Shown here: in pieces, positions 25,899-38,790 of the stretch | Layout: each line of letters begins with the position of its first letter | How positions within the stretch are numbered: the stretch's first letter is position 1 | NCBI GenBank assembly: GCA_964016885.1 | Contig: OZ024740.1 | Location: 284,580,001 to 284,644,000, forward strand | Source of the DNA: Eledone cirrhosa | Lineage: Eukaryota | DNA length: 64,000 nt | Direction of reading: 5' to 3' | The notes under the pieces: generated by a model | Told to the model about the DNA's origin: nothing | Databases searched by the model: none | Seen by the model: only the letters and a program-made list of their open reading frames with translations | Program-made: the position numbers and the translations under genes

Positions 25899-26384
25899 TA
25901 AAAATACGTATTTAAGAAAGCCACAACAATGCAAAGGGAAATCTCGAGGTAGGAAGTGAAATATAGATAGGAAAAACAGGTGAAAGTGAAAATTGAGAGA
26001 GACAAAGATGAAAACAAAACAAAGGTAGAAGGGTTACCGTAGTAGAGATTTAATCCCAATATTTCGGGCTCACGCCCATCAACGGGGGAAAAGTTCCAAA
26101 AGGGGGGGAAACAGGCCAAGCGGAGAAAGCTGTGATGTTTAACGACATCACAGCTTTCTCCGCTTGGCCTGTTTCCCCCCCTTTTGGAACTTTTCCCCCG
26201 TTGATGGGCGTGAGCCCGAAATATTGGGATTAAATCTCTACTACGGTAACCCTTCTACCTTTGTTTTGTTTTCATCTTTGTCTCTCTCAATTTTCACTTT
26301 CACCTGTTTTTCCTATCTATATTTCACTTCCTACCTCGAGATTTCCCTTTGCATTGTTGTGGCTTTCTTAAATACGTATTTTTA
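25899..26384. repeat. Long palindrome, 240-bp arms and 6-nt loop; probable Penelope-like element remnant
   Basis: Arms 25899-26138 and 26145-26384 around loop TTAACG. Mirror ORFs in the track (25868..26119- and 26164..26472+) are identical over the arm. Flanked by TA/CA microsatellite. Confidence 0.93.
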
Positions 26385-26475
26385 TATATACATATATACA
26401 TATATACATATACGTATACATATACATACACACATACACACACACACATACATATACACATATATATATTAACAA

Positions 26476-29262
26476 TTAATGGTGCTGCGATCGAATGTGG
26501 CTTTTTAGCTCAACCAATGATCTAAAATGTCTTGTACAGAGTTGGCAACCAAAACATTCACTGGCAATAGCCGGCTGTGGTTTGATTTCATGTATAGTTG
26601 CATGTTGTTTGAGCCCTCCTGCTGATCTACACTCTCTTGCACATGCTTGACAGGTATGATGAGTAGCATCTCCGACAGCAGCCTGGTAGTCAACCACTGG
26701 TCTCACTTTATGACTGCGAAGATGACTTTCGAGTCCAGCTTTGCTGAGGCAGCGTCTCGCACGGACGCTGCATGTTAGCACCATAGGAGGACCTTCGCTG
26801 TACATACATACATGGTGGCTGCCAACTCGTTTTTCGAGTACGGCCACTACTTTATATCCATGTAGGAGAACCCCTAACGATGCGCTGAACGAGTGTGACT
26901 TTTTAGTCCAGCCAGCGACTCGAAAACTCTGATACAAACACTACACTTGTGACAATTACTGACACATAGTGCTGAGCCCATGGTACCATATGACGACAAG
27001 TGCAGAGAGATCTCCATATATAAAGCAATGCCTGTGCCGTGAAGCTTTTATAGTGATCAAAGGCACTGCACAAAGCCAGTCCCACTCTCTTAACCAAGAT
27101 GATATTTACCAAAAAGAAGAACAAGTCAACATCATTGGATACCATCAGGGTTGCAGGTGTTATATCAGAGTTTTCCTTCTCCTAGAATTCTGCCTTGACA
27201 AAGGCTAAGGGGTCATCTCTCCCATACATACATACACGCATACATACATACATACATACATACATACATACATACATACATACATACATACATACATACA
27301 TACATACATACATACATGATGGCTGCAAACTCTGCTAAGAGTATTGCAAACACTTGTCACATTATAGAGTTTGGTGCCCTTTTAAGCTACAGCCAGCCAC
27401 ACAAACCTGTAACATATCCTGAACAAGCAATGCCTGTGCTTTGAATGTTTTTTTAAGTGGGGAAAGGCCTTGCACTCAACCAATCCCACTCTCTGAATAT
27501 TGAAAACACTACCCAAAAAGGAGAACTGGTCAACATCATCGGATGCTTCCAAAGCCACTGGTTTCCCTCTCCTAGAAAGGTGTTGTGACAACTGGGGGCC
27601 TTTCACTCCCAGGAGAAAAAAAAATCTTCTTTTTTAAACCTACTATTTAGATGGCCGTTGACTCTGCTGAGTTCCTCCGCCCTTTGATGGGTCTTGTATT
27701 TCATCCTGCAGGGTGACCAAATATTACCCCCCCCCCTGACCAAGCTAGCTTAGTGGGATTGCCGGTTTAGTCACCGACGATCCGACCATGAGACAGGTTG
27801 TACTGGGATACATGTTACCAGTAGCACTTGAGAGTGACCTGACATACATACATATATACATACATACATGCATACATAGATATATACATACATACATACA
27901 TACATACATACACACACACACATACATACATACATACATACATACATACATACACACGTGATGGCTGCCCCCTCGTTATCGAGTATGGCCATTGCACGAT
28001 ATACCATTATTAATTAATTCTATCGTGCAATGCCTGTGCGTGAAGATATTTTTTAAAGTGAGGAAAGACTGTGCACTGAGCCAATCCCACTCTCTGAGTG
28101 ACAGTAGCTATAACCCGAAAAGAAGAAAAGATCAACATCATCGGTACCTACTAAGCCGCAGGTTTTATATCGGAGTTATCCCAGTTTCCTGAGTTGCCTT
28201 CTCCTAGAAGAATGCCCTGATAAAGGCTAGGGGTCCTTCACTCCCAGTGGTTTAACCGTGCAATCAGGTGTCCAGCTCGACTATTTCTATGTCCCCATGC
28301 ATATACATACACATATGAATGTACATGCGTATATACATATTTACACACTTTTGATGGCCGTTGACTCTTATGAGTTCTTCCGCCCTTTGTCAGGCTTTGT
28401 TTTTTGTCCTGCAGGGTGTCCAAAATCACCCTCCTCACCAAGTAAACTTGGTGGGGTTGCCGGTTTAGTCGCAAACAACCTGACCATTTGACAGGTTGTA
28501 CTGGGTTACATGTTACCAGTAGCACTCAAGAGTGACACATACATACATACATACATACATACATACATACATACATACATACATACATACATACATACAT
28601 ACATACATACATACATACATGCATACATGCATACATACATACATACATACATACATACATGCATACATGCATACATGGTGGCTGCCAACTCGTTTTCGAG
28701 TACGGCCACTACTTTACATCCATGTAGGATAACCCCTACCGAAGCGCTGAACGAGTGTGACTTTTTAGTCCAGCCAGCGACTTGAAACCTCTGGTACAAA
28801 CACCACACCTGCGACAATCACTGACACATAGTGCTAGGCCCATGGTAGGACAATTATTGACACATAGTGCTGGGCCCATGTGAGGACAAGTGCAGAGAGA
28901 TCTCCAGATATAAAGCAATGCCTGTGCCGTGAAGCTTTTATAGTGAGCAAAGGCACTGCACAAAGCCAGTCCCACTCTCTTAACCAAGATGATATTTACC
29001 AAAAAGAAGAACAAGTCAACATCATTGGATACCATCAGGGTTGCAGGTGTTATATCAGAGTTTTCCTTCTCCTAGAATTCTGCCTTGACTAAGGCTAAAG
29101 GGGTCATCTCTCCCGGTGATTTTGGATGGCCATTGACTCTTAAGAGCTCCTTTGCCCTTTGACAGGTTTTGTTTTTAGTCCTGCAGGATGTCCAAAGTCA
29201 CCCTCCTCACCAAGAAACCTTGGTGGGGTTGCCAGTTTAGTCGCCAACGACCCGACCATGAG
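26476..29262 (-). mobile_element. Head-to-tail cluster of RTE/BovB-like fragments and bipartite derivatives separated by (TATG)n
   Basis: Units at about 26476-26800 (three C2H2-like fingers), 26800-27225, 27315-27845, 27958-28540 and 28675-29262. They share the 3' terminus GCAGCCAYCAYGT, and several share a 5' block (GTGCTACTGGTAACATG...GCGACTAAACCGGCAACC...GAGTCAACGGCCATC). Confidence 0.78.
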
Positions 29263-29284
29263 ATATATACATATATATACATAC

Positions 29285-29317
<33 letters not shown>

Positions 29318-29368
29318 CATATATATACATACATATATATACACACATACATACATATATATATATAC

Positions 29369-29444
<76 letters not shown>

Positions 29445-29905
29445 ATACATATATATACATACATACATATATCCACATATATATACACACACATATATAT
29501 ATATACATATATATACATACACATATATATATATACATATATACATATACATATATATACATATATATACATACATATATACATATACATACATATATAC
29601 ATATATACATATATATACATACATATATATATATATACATATATATACATACATACATATATATATATACATACATACACACATACACATATATATACAT
29701 ACATACATACATACATACATACATACATACATACATACATGCATACATGCATACATACATACATACATACATACATACATACATACATACATGCATACAT
29801 GCATACATACATACATACATACATACATACATACATACATACATACATACATACATACATACATACATACGTATATACACACACATACATACATAATACA
29901 TATAT
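29263..29905. repeat. Compound (TA)/(TACA)/(CATA)n microsatellite, about 640 bp
   Basis: Pure low-complexity tract; the source of the 217-267 aa YIHT/MYVC ORFs. Confidence 0.97.
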
Positions 29906-30599
29906 GCATTCGAGGGTTGGCTGAAAAGGTCATAGGCTGACTATGAAGGAGTGAGGCTAGAGCTGTGAAATCTTGCATGCATTAATTTCAATTCTTCTTA
30001 TTAAGAACTGCATTTTCTTTCCAGGGACTAGGTTAAAAAAATAAACCTTATTTGGTGATTCCATGAGAGTATCTTGGTCAGCTTATGAACTTTTCAGCCT
30101 ATGAACTTCTCAGCCAACCTTTGTACATACATACATACTCATATTGGGGGTGTATAGAACAGCTACTAATCAACAAAAATGATAGAGTAAGAGATAGTGT
30201 AGTAGTATGGGAGAACTACTGGAAAGTCTTTGATAGTTGACCACATGAGTGCATTATCAAAACATTACAATTTGTCAATGTCCCACTACCATTGGTAGGT
30301 GTTATTCAAATTCTAATACTTGATGCACCCTTTTACTTCTTAGGGGTGAGAACAAAGCAGCCAAATCTGACATCATACCTAATCAAAAAGGCATACCTCA
30401 GAGTGGTAGCTTGCCCATACTGATCTTTGTCCTTTTATAAAGCCCATTATCATTACTGCTGGCAAAATATACCATTACCCAGAAATTGTATCCTGAATCC
30501 AGAAACAGTACCCACCTAGATGACCTGGATCTGTATAGGCTAAGTATTAATTACCCCCATTAGCAATTGGATCTCATTACCCAATATTCTACACAGCCA

Positions 30600-32300
30600 G
30601 TTGGAAACCACAAGGACCTTCGACAAAATGAGAATGTCAGGTATGATGGACCTATCAACAAGGAGAGGGAAAGAAATTAATGCCACAAGATAGTAAAGAA
30701 AATATGGTCATCAGAAATCTCAAACTACAATAAGCCAATTGTCTACAATGTCTTTGTAGCGCCTAGCCTGGCACCTACATTTGGCATTCTGAATTTCTCA
30801 TTACAAAGACTTAGCAAGATCGATATAAGTACTCAGAAATTGTTCAGTTTTACTGTAAATTTTAACATCCATGAAGATGTTGATAGATTATATTTTCCAT
30901 GCGAGAAAAGTGTCTTTGACCTTTAATTTCTATGAACGTCATATGAAACATAGTTTATGATATTGAAATATTATCTCTAGCAGAGGAAAAAACCAGCAAC
31001 TATCTCATTTAAGTGTACAAACATAAAGATATAAATATCATTAGAAGAACTAATGAGCTTGAAGAGAGATATAAAATAAAAAATAACATAGACCTCTCAC
31101 CAAGGAAATTCAGAACATTTGTTCCTAACATAACAAAACAAAACATAGACCAGTTCACTAAGAAAGCAATAGATGTGTACTTAAATGAAAACAGACTACA
31201 GAAGGTAAAAAAAAAAAACTCTCTAAAATTCTGACATGGAATATCAACAAGTTTATAAAGCCTCACCTTGGAGGTTACCTCTGAGCAATCCGAATTCAAG
31301 AATTCCTCCATTAAGTATTTACTACACAAAAGACAGAAAGCAATCAGCTGACAAAAAATGTAAGCTATGCAGATCTAAAACTAAAGAAAATAGAAATATC
31401 ATTTCCGGTTGTGAGAGAACTTCATGAAAATTTCAACATCCCATAAGGTATAAAGTGGGAGACAGAACAATCTAGAAGAGAGTGAGAAAGGAAAAAATAG
31501 ACACTAATAAAGATGAACTCATTGAGACTGGTGGATCAAAGGAATATTAGTAGAACTAAGAATATAAGCAAGCGGTGAATTGGCAAAGTCATTAAGACAT
31601 CAGATAGAATGCTTTACGGTAATTGTTCCACTTTGTTGCATGCTCTGAGTTGCAATCCCGCCGTGGTCAACTTTGCTTTTAATCCTTCTGAGATCGATAA
31701 CAAATGTACCAGTCCAGTACTGGGGTTGATTCTTCTTCTATAGAAAAAATCGGCTGTGTTCAAACCTGGAGAGGGTTGGGCTCCGCCAGGTTTAATAGTA
31801 CTCTAGACACACTGTATGATGGTGCCTCTACAACTCCACAAGGAGTTATGGGATCTTTATCCTTTTATCCTAAGAATATAAGCAGCAAACAAATTAACAC
31901 ACAACTAGCCTGTTATTGTTCATTGGGACCATAAAATTAAAAAATATTCTGTAATAAAAGTCAGCTGCCCACTTGATGTTAACATAGTAAAAAGAAATGC
32001 AGGAGAAATAAAATGTCTATTGATCGTTGATGATGAGTATCCAAACTAGTAGCCTAAATACACTATTGTTGAAACAACAGAACAGAATATTACCAAAGCA
32101 TCTGGGTGAAAAATAGAGTTAAACTTTGATTTTGAAAGAAAGAATGTAACTCCATAATTCATATGCTATAGATGATCACAATAACTGGAAGAATAAAAAT
32201 CTGCAAGACCTCTTTAAAGTTTAATGGATGAATTGTTGCACAAAGGATCATGCAAAGAACAAACCTTCCCTTTTTTTTTAAATTTAATAACTGTTATTTA
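30600..32300 (+). mobile_element. Degraded R4/Dong-like LINE (post-RT region, CCHC knuckle, RLE remnant) with nested SINE
   Basis: Fragments KKIWSSEISNYNK...VFVAPSLAPTFGIL, DVDRLYFP and DKKCKLCRSKTKENRNIISGC, with many stops and frameshifts. Confidence 0.7.
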
Positions 32301-32849
32301 CAACCTTTTCAACAAGCAGAATAAATTCTAGAACTCCAATCAGGAAGAGAAAATGTGTATACATAAATACAGACACACATACACACTCATGCATATGCAT
32401 GGATGTATGTGTATGTGCATATGTGTGTGTGTGTGTGTGTTTGTGTTACATGTGAAAAGCTTTCAATAAAATAATCATAATAATTATATTGATAATCATA
32501 ATCATTGCTGTTATTATAGTGATTAGGATTATCAATGTAATTATTATATTGATTAATCTTTCAACATCAATGTGATGTCATATACATTTGTATGTATGTA
32601 ACATGAGTTCATATATATATGAACATGAGTATATATAAAGGCATTTATACCTAAATGCCTTTATTCTGACACCAACCTATTCACACACATAATCTTCTAT
32701 GTATGTGTGTATGCATACCACTAGGAATTGGGATAAACTGTTGATTGTTAATAGAAAGTCTCACCTTGGAAGAGATACTATTGCAGAAAAACCACTTAGC
32801 TACAAGTAAACCTCTTTATCTAGCATTCATTAACCTGAATATAGTATTT

Positions 32850-34070
32850 GACTGGATACCTCACTCCATAAGTTGGTGTGCTCTTAGAAAAGTAAGAATA
32901 GATGAATGACTTATGAGGGCCATACAAAGCTATGTATAGAGATGCAGACAGTAAGGTTAGAGTTAACAATGAATTTAGTGTACAAGTGGGGCTCCACATG
33001 AACTCAGTCCTCTACTTCTTTCTGTCTATTATAGCCCTCCAGGCCATAATAGAAAAGTTTAAGACTGGTTGCTAATGGGAGCTCTTATACAAGGGTAGGC
33101 TAAAAAGTTCATAGGCTGACTATAGCGGAGTGATGCTAGAGCAGTGAAATCTTGCATGAATTATGACCTTGTTGTTATAACTGAATCTGCCAAGAAGAAG
33201 GAGGCATTGGATTGCAACTAGAAGTGGTTGCTAAATGGAAGTGAATACATGAGATAGAGAGAGTGACTGCCACAAGTAGATCTAGTGGAAGAACAAACAA
33301 TTGAAACTGACCATTATATGGTTAAGATGGCCATTAACCCTTTTGAGACAAAACTGTCTCAATCCTATGATGACAAACCTTATGTTTTAAAGTATTTATA
33401 TTTAACCCTTTAGCATTTACATTACTGTATATTTCCTATTGTATTTTTGTGGTAAAGGCTTTATCTCACATAATTATCTCCCATGATATCGAATCTATGA
33501 GATTTTTATGCTGTTTATTTTGAAAAATACCTTGACATGATTATGAACAGCTGGTTCTTACTTATGTTAAGAGGTGAGAGAATTCTGGCCGGATACAACC
33601 ATTTTAAATGCTATAGGATTAAATCAAAATTAATGTCATGGAAGAATATTTTTGTTAAAACTATGTAATAAATATCAGTCTTATAATATGATTAGCATTT
33701 TATTAAATTCTTTTATCTTTTTGATTATTTACAAAATTTATTGTAAAACATTAGGAATATAGTATCAAAGGATATGAAGGCAAGAAAAGCAGCTAGGCCA
33801 ACATGATAGTTGCTAAAATGCTGCAAATATCCAGCAAAGTACAAAACATACTAGTCACATGCATAGTCAATCAAGTAGTACTGAAGTTGGATGGGGTGAA
33901 GAGAGCATTCTACACGACTGGCATAGCAGTACCATCATCAACTGCTTCAATGGCAAAGAAGACATTTCAGAAAGAAACAAATACATTGGCATGTAGTTGA
34001 TGAATCAAATTATGAAACAATAGAAAGGGTCACAGCACAACTAAATAGGAAGAGTATGAACTTAGGTGTG
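32850..34070 (+). mobile_element. Old RTE RT fragments interrupted by MITEs
   Basis: 32850-33200 resembles LRKxxIDEWLxRAIQAMY...KVRVNNEFSVQVG...FKTGCxWELLY, and 33770-34070 resembles KDMKxxKAAxPxxIVAxML, both by comparison with the 40-42 kb copy. Confidence 0.65.
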
Positions 34071-34983
34071 GTTTGTTTCAGGTTTGTTCGCTTCTTAGTT
34101 GACAGAAAGGGATCAGAAAAAAGCAGAGGGATCAGCTGAATTAGTTTGATCTTGTGCTGGAATTACCTATAAGCTAAATAAACTATAGCTTAGGACCACA
34201 CATCCTTGGGGGCCTCATTTTGAAAAATATTATTTTTATTTTATCATTAGATTTTAGTCTTTAAAATCATCAAGTTTTTCCTCTCTATATTGTATATATA
34301 TATATATATATACAATATAGATATATATATATATATATATGAAAAGATTCAGGACCCCAACGGCTGAGTTCCGGCTATTTCGACAGCTAGATTCAAACTA
34401 AACCACCAGTATTAGAACAGCAGGAATCAATAATATGAAAAGATTCAAGACCCCTTTTCATATTACCCACTCTACTACCCAAAGTATTGAATACTCTGGT
34501 GCGTTATGGTCCACCTGGTATCTTACTACACCCTCTTTGTTATATATGTATATATATATATATATATACGTGAGAAACTATGTTACAGTATTGTTGGGAA
34601 CTGACAATTCAGATAACACTAAGTTCTTTTTTCTTGTTAGTCTATTCTAGCCATCTTTCTATCTATCTCTTCATTTTTCTCTATAAGTCGTTTTTGTCCC
34701 CATTTTTCTCCTCTCCTTCTTTCTCTCTATAACCCTCTCATTTCTCATCTCATACTCTAGACTCTCTGTCTCCCACTCTCCATTCGATTTGTAGGTATAT
34801 CTTAACCAAATAGTACCCAGCTGTTTATGGCTACCACTCGCACTGAGAATACTCCAATTTTACGAATACAAACATATATATATATATACATATATATATA
34901 TAAGCCAGAATCAGTTCCCGTCCCACCCTTGCAAGCAGGGAAAAACGGACGTAAAATGAAATGATGATGATGATGATGATATA

Positions 34984-35015
<32 letters not shown>

Positions 35016-35033
35016 TGTATGTGTGTGTATGTG

Positions 35034-35066
<33 letters not shown>

Positions 35067-35068
<2 letters not shown>

Positions 35069-35780
35069 CATCATCATCATCATTTTACGTCCGCTTTTCC
35101 CTGCTTGCAAGGGTGGGACGGGTCCTATTCAGCACAGCATCTCACCACTTGTCACGGTCCTTCGTCATCTCCACCGTGAGCTTCAGTGATCAGAGATCTG
35201 CTCTCACCACCTCCGCCCATGTTTTTCATGGTCCTCCTCTACTACGTCTTCCTTCAACAGGCATTTCTTGGCACTTCTTTACCCAACGGTCATCCTCCAT
35301 GCGCATCACATGTCCATACCATCTCAGTCTTCTTTCCTGCACACTACAACTTATCCCTCTTAAACACAGTTTCTCTCTCAACACATCCATGCTTAGGTGT
35401 TCACGCACATTGACATTGCACATCCATGCTTGCCTCATTTCTCTCAAGCCGTCGCATATCCTCTGTATTTGCTACCCATGTCTCACTACCATGCAGCATC
35501 GCGCACCTCACACAGGTATCATATAACCAGCCTTTCGTACGCAGGGAGAAACCCTCCTTCGTCAGCAGAGTAAGCAGCTCCCTAAACTTCTTCCAACCCG
35601 TCCTTATTCTAGATACTATGGCCTCCGACCCCCCCCCCCCACCCCCCACCCCCCACCCCAATGCTAGTCTGATCACCTAGGTACTGGAAGCTATCAACCA
35701 CTTCTATAGAACCCACCTGCATTTGAAAAATGTGTCTATCAATGCGACTTCTACTGTCAAATTTCCCTGTACATCTACTG
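35067..35780 (-). mobile_element. RTE LINE 3' fragment (second subfamily)
   Basis: SRIRTGWKKFRELL...LHGSETW...ERRLRWYGHVMRM, with a short 3' UTR ending GGACGTAAAATGATGATG. An opposed 3' tail lies at about 34905-34980. Confidence 0.85.
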
Positions 35781-35783
35781 CAT

Positions 35784-36028
35784 ATATATATGAAAACAAA
35801 TAGTAGAAAGGAAAAAGATTCTTTCAGTAGAAAATGTTGAAGAGATTTTTTCAGTGAGATATCAAAACATTAATTTATTTACAGCCGTCAAGATGAGAGC
35901 CCGTGGTCAGTTGAATGAATATAAAATTTGTAAATAAATTAATGTTTTGATATCTCACTGAAAAAATCTCTTCAACATTTTCTACTGAAAGAATCTTTTT
36001 CCTTTCTACTATTTATTTTCATATATAT
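35784..36028. repeat. Inverted repeat, 100-bp arms and 45-nt spacer
   Basis: Arms 35784-35883 and 35929-36028 with one mismatch (35797/36015). Both outer ends lie in (TA)n. Confidence 0.92.
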
Positions 36029-36406
36029 CAACTCATGTGTTACTTTTCTACATTCGATATATATATATATATATATTATTTTATTTTTATCATTAACATT
36101 AATATAAAAGATAATAATCATGTATAATTATTTTAAATTTCTTTACCCAAATGTTTTTTAAAGAAGGGCCTCAAATTTCACAAAACTTAGGGCCTCAGCA
36201 GGTGAAAGTCGAGCCCTGCTGAGCACTCTGTTCATAGAGACACTGTTTATTAACTGAATATTACTAGGAGCTTGAGTAAACCAAGCAGATCAATTTGCAT
36301 ATATTATGTATCGTTAATGACTAATTCAATTAATAAATTACTGGTGCACGAAGATATTGTATTCAAATACAAAGTATTTATATCTAGCAATTACATAGAG
36401 TGTTAG

Positions 36407-38790
36407 TAGGGCAGGATTTTTACCTGCTGAGGCCCTAAGCTATATGAAATTTGAGGCCCTTCTCTAAAAACATTAGGGTAAAGAAATTAAAAATATTTAT
36501 ACATGATTATTATTTTTATATTACTTCAGGGTGGTGGATTGGCAGAATCAGTAGAGCTTCGCAGCATAGAGTTACGGCCCTTTACTTTCTGAGTTCAAAT
36601 CCCACCAAGGTTAGCTTTGCCTTTCAGCCTTATAGGGTTGATAAAATAAAGTACCAGTAATGTACTGGATTCAGTTTAATCGACTTCCCTTCTCCAGGCC
36701 TTGCACCTAAATCAGAAACCATTATTTTTTACCAGAAATACACTGGGTAATTGCTGGCCTTGTGCCTAAAGTAAAAACAATTATTTTTTATATTAATGAT
36801 AAAGAATAAAGAATATATGGGAGGTGTTCAGGATTACAAGGCAGTGTGTCAGGGAAAACTGTGATGTTGGTGGAAAGAAGTGTGTCTGAGATGATAATGG
36901 TGAACTTACACTCACTGACACAGAAAAGAAGGTAGCATGGAAGTGCCACTATGAAAGATTACTGAATCAGAATGCACGGAGAGAAGATAGTTTGCCCTAA
37001 GTTGACCCAAAAGAGGGACTGGCAGTACAAGTCAGCAGTAGTATAGTAAATAAGGTAATCAAGTATATGAAGACAGACAAGGTAACTGGACCTTCAGGGA
37101 TAGTTGCCGAGATGCTGACAGCATCTGAAATGGTGGATCATAACTTAACCACCCATATTGTAAACTAAGTAATACAAAATGGTGCCATACCCAATGACTA
37201 GCATAGCAGCATCATCATCAACTGTTACAAGGGAAAAGTAGATGCTCTAGACAGAGAAAACTATAGAGGCATTAAGTTGGTTGACCAGGTTATGAAGATC
37301 ACAGAAAGAATTATAGCACAGCTGATTAGGGTACAAGTTAACCTAGATGAGATACAGTTTGGATTTGTGTCAGGTAAAAGTACAACAGGTGCCCTCTTCC
37401 TAGTGAGGAAACAACAGAAGTACCTAACCTAAGGTAAACTCTCTACTTAGCTTCGAGGACCTAATTATCTGGTGGTCTCTTAGAAAACTAGGAGTAGATA
37501 AGTGGCTTATGAAGGCATTACAAGCCATGTATAGAGGAACAGTCAGCAAGGTCAGAATTAACAAGGACTATAGCAAAGAATTTAGCATGCAGGTTGGTTT
37601 CCATTAAGGCTCACTTCTTAGCCCTCTCCTGTTTATTATCATCCTGCAGGCTATAATGGAGGAGTTTAAGATTGGCTGCCCATGAGAACTGTACGCAGAT
37701 GACCTAACCCTTATAGCTGAACCTATGGCAGAATTAGAGAAGAAATTCCCAACCTGGAGCACGGCCTAGAATCAAAAGGTCTTAGAGTTAATTATGGGTG
37801 CACAAGAGATGTAGTGGGATCTCAGGCAGGCTAACAAAGAACGTAGGTTTTACATGTGACTAATACCCAGGTGCAGTAAGTAGTAAGAGATCACAAGATA
37901 CAAACTCCTTCAAATGCTCAGATGGTTCTGTAGAAATAGTAGATAGTTTCTGTTACCTGGACGACCAAATTAACAGTGGAGGAGAATGTTCCAAAAGCAG
38001 TGGGAGAACAGGTTGGAGAAAGTTCAGGGAATTTCAACCAGTGCTAACTACAAAAGGTTTTTTTCTCAAAATGAAGGGCAGATTGTATGATGCATGCATA
38101 TGAACAGCTATGTTGCATGATAGTGAGACCTGGGCGCTGTGCGCAGAAGACTTACGTAGATTGGAAAGTAATGAAGATTCCATGCTTTGATGGATGTGTA
38201 ATAACATGAGCAGCAAAGCATAAATGAACTGAATGAAAAATCGGGTATAAGAGGGATCAGTTGCAGTGTGCAAGAGAGGAGAATGTGTTGGTATGGACAT
38301 GTGATGCGTATGAAGGATGGATGACACCTGTATAAAAAGGTGCAAAGTGCTCAAAGTTGATGGAAGCTACAGAGTAGGAAAACCAAGGAAGACTTATTGC
38401 ACCTCTGAAAGGCAATGACAAAAAGTGCCCAGCCCACACTGTAAAGTGGTCGTATAGGTGTCACGACAAAAAGCACTCAGTATACACTGTAAATGGGGTT
38501 GGCATTAAGAAGGGCATCCAGCCATAAAAACCAAGCCAAAATCTGTTCTGTGTGAGCAAAACACGATCATCCAACCTGGCTTGTCTCACAACAAAACAAG
38601 TCATCTAACCCATGCTAGCATGGAAAATGGACGTTAAACGATGATAATGATGATATAATTTTTGTTGATTTAGTGTTAAAGAATAAAAACTAATGATAAA
38701 ATAAATATATATTTTTTAAAATGAGGTCCCCACTAAGGGTGTGTGGCCCTAAGCTATAACTTATTTAGCTTATAGGTAAGTCCAGCACTG
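36407..38790. mobile_element. hAT-type MITE split by nested SINE and RTE insertions
   Basis: Termini TAGGGCAGGA... / ...TCCAGCACTG with a perfect 8-bp TSD AGTGTTAG (36399-36406 and 38791-38798). An oppositely oriented relative has halves at about 34152-34280 and 36070-36218. Confidence 0.82.
36820..38655 (+). mobile_element. Degraded RTE LINE (RT to 3' tail)
   Basis: Co-linear with the 40063-42272 copy (AWKCHYERLLN, NYRGIKLVDQVMK, LYADDL), with many stops and a (GAT)n tail. Confidence 0.88.

Noticed and set aside
29140-29978. Long ORFs of 217-267 aa on both strands
   Set aside because: Translations of (TA)/(TACA)n microsatellite that happen to lack stop codons.
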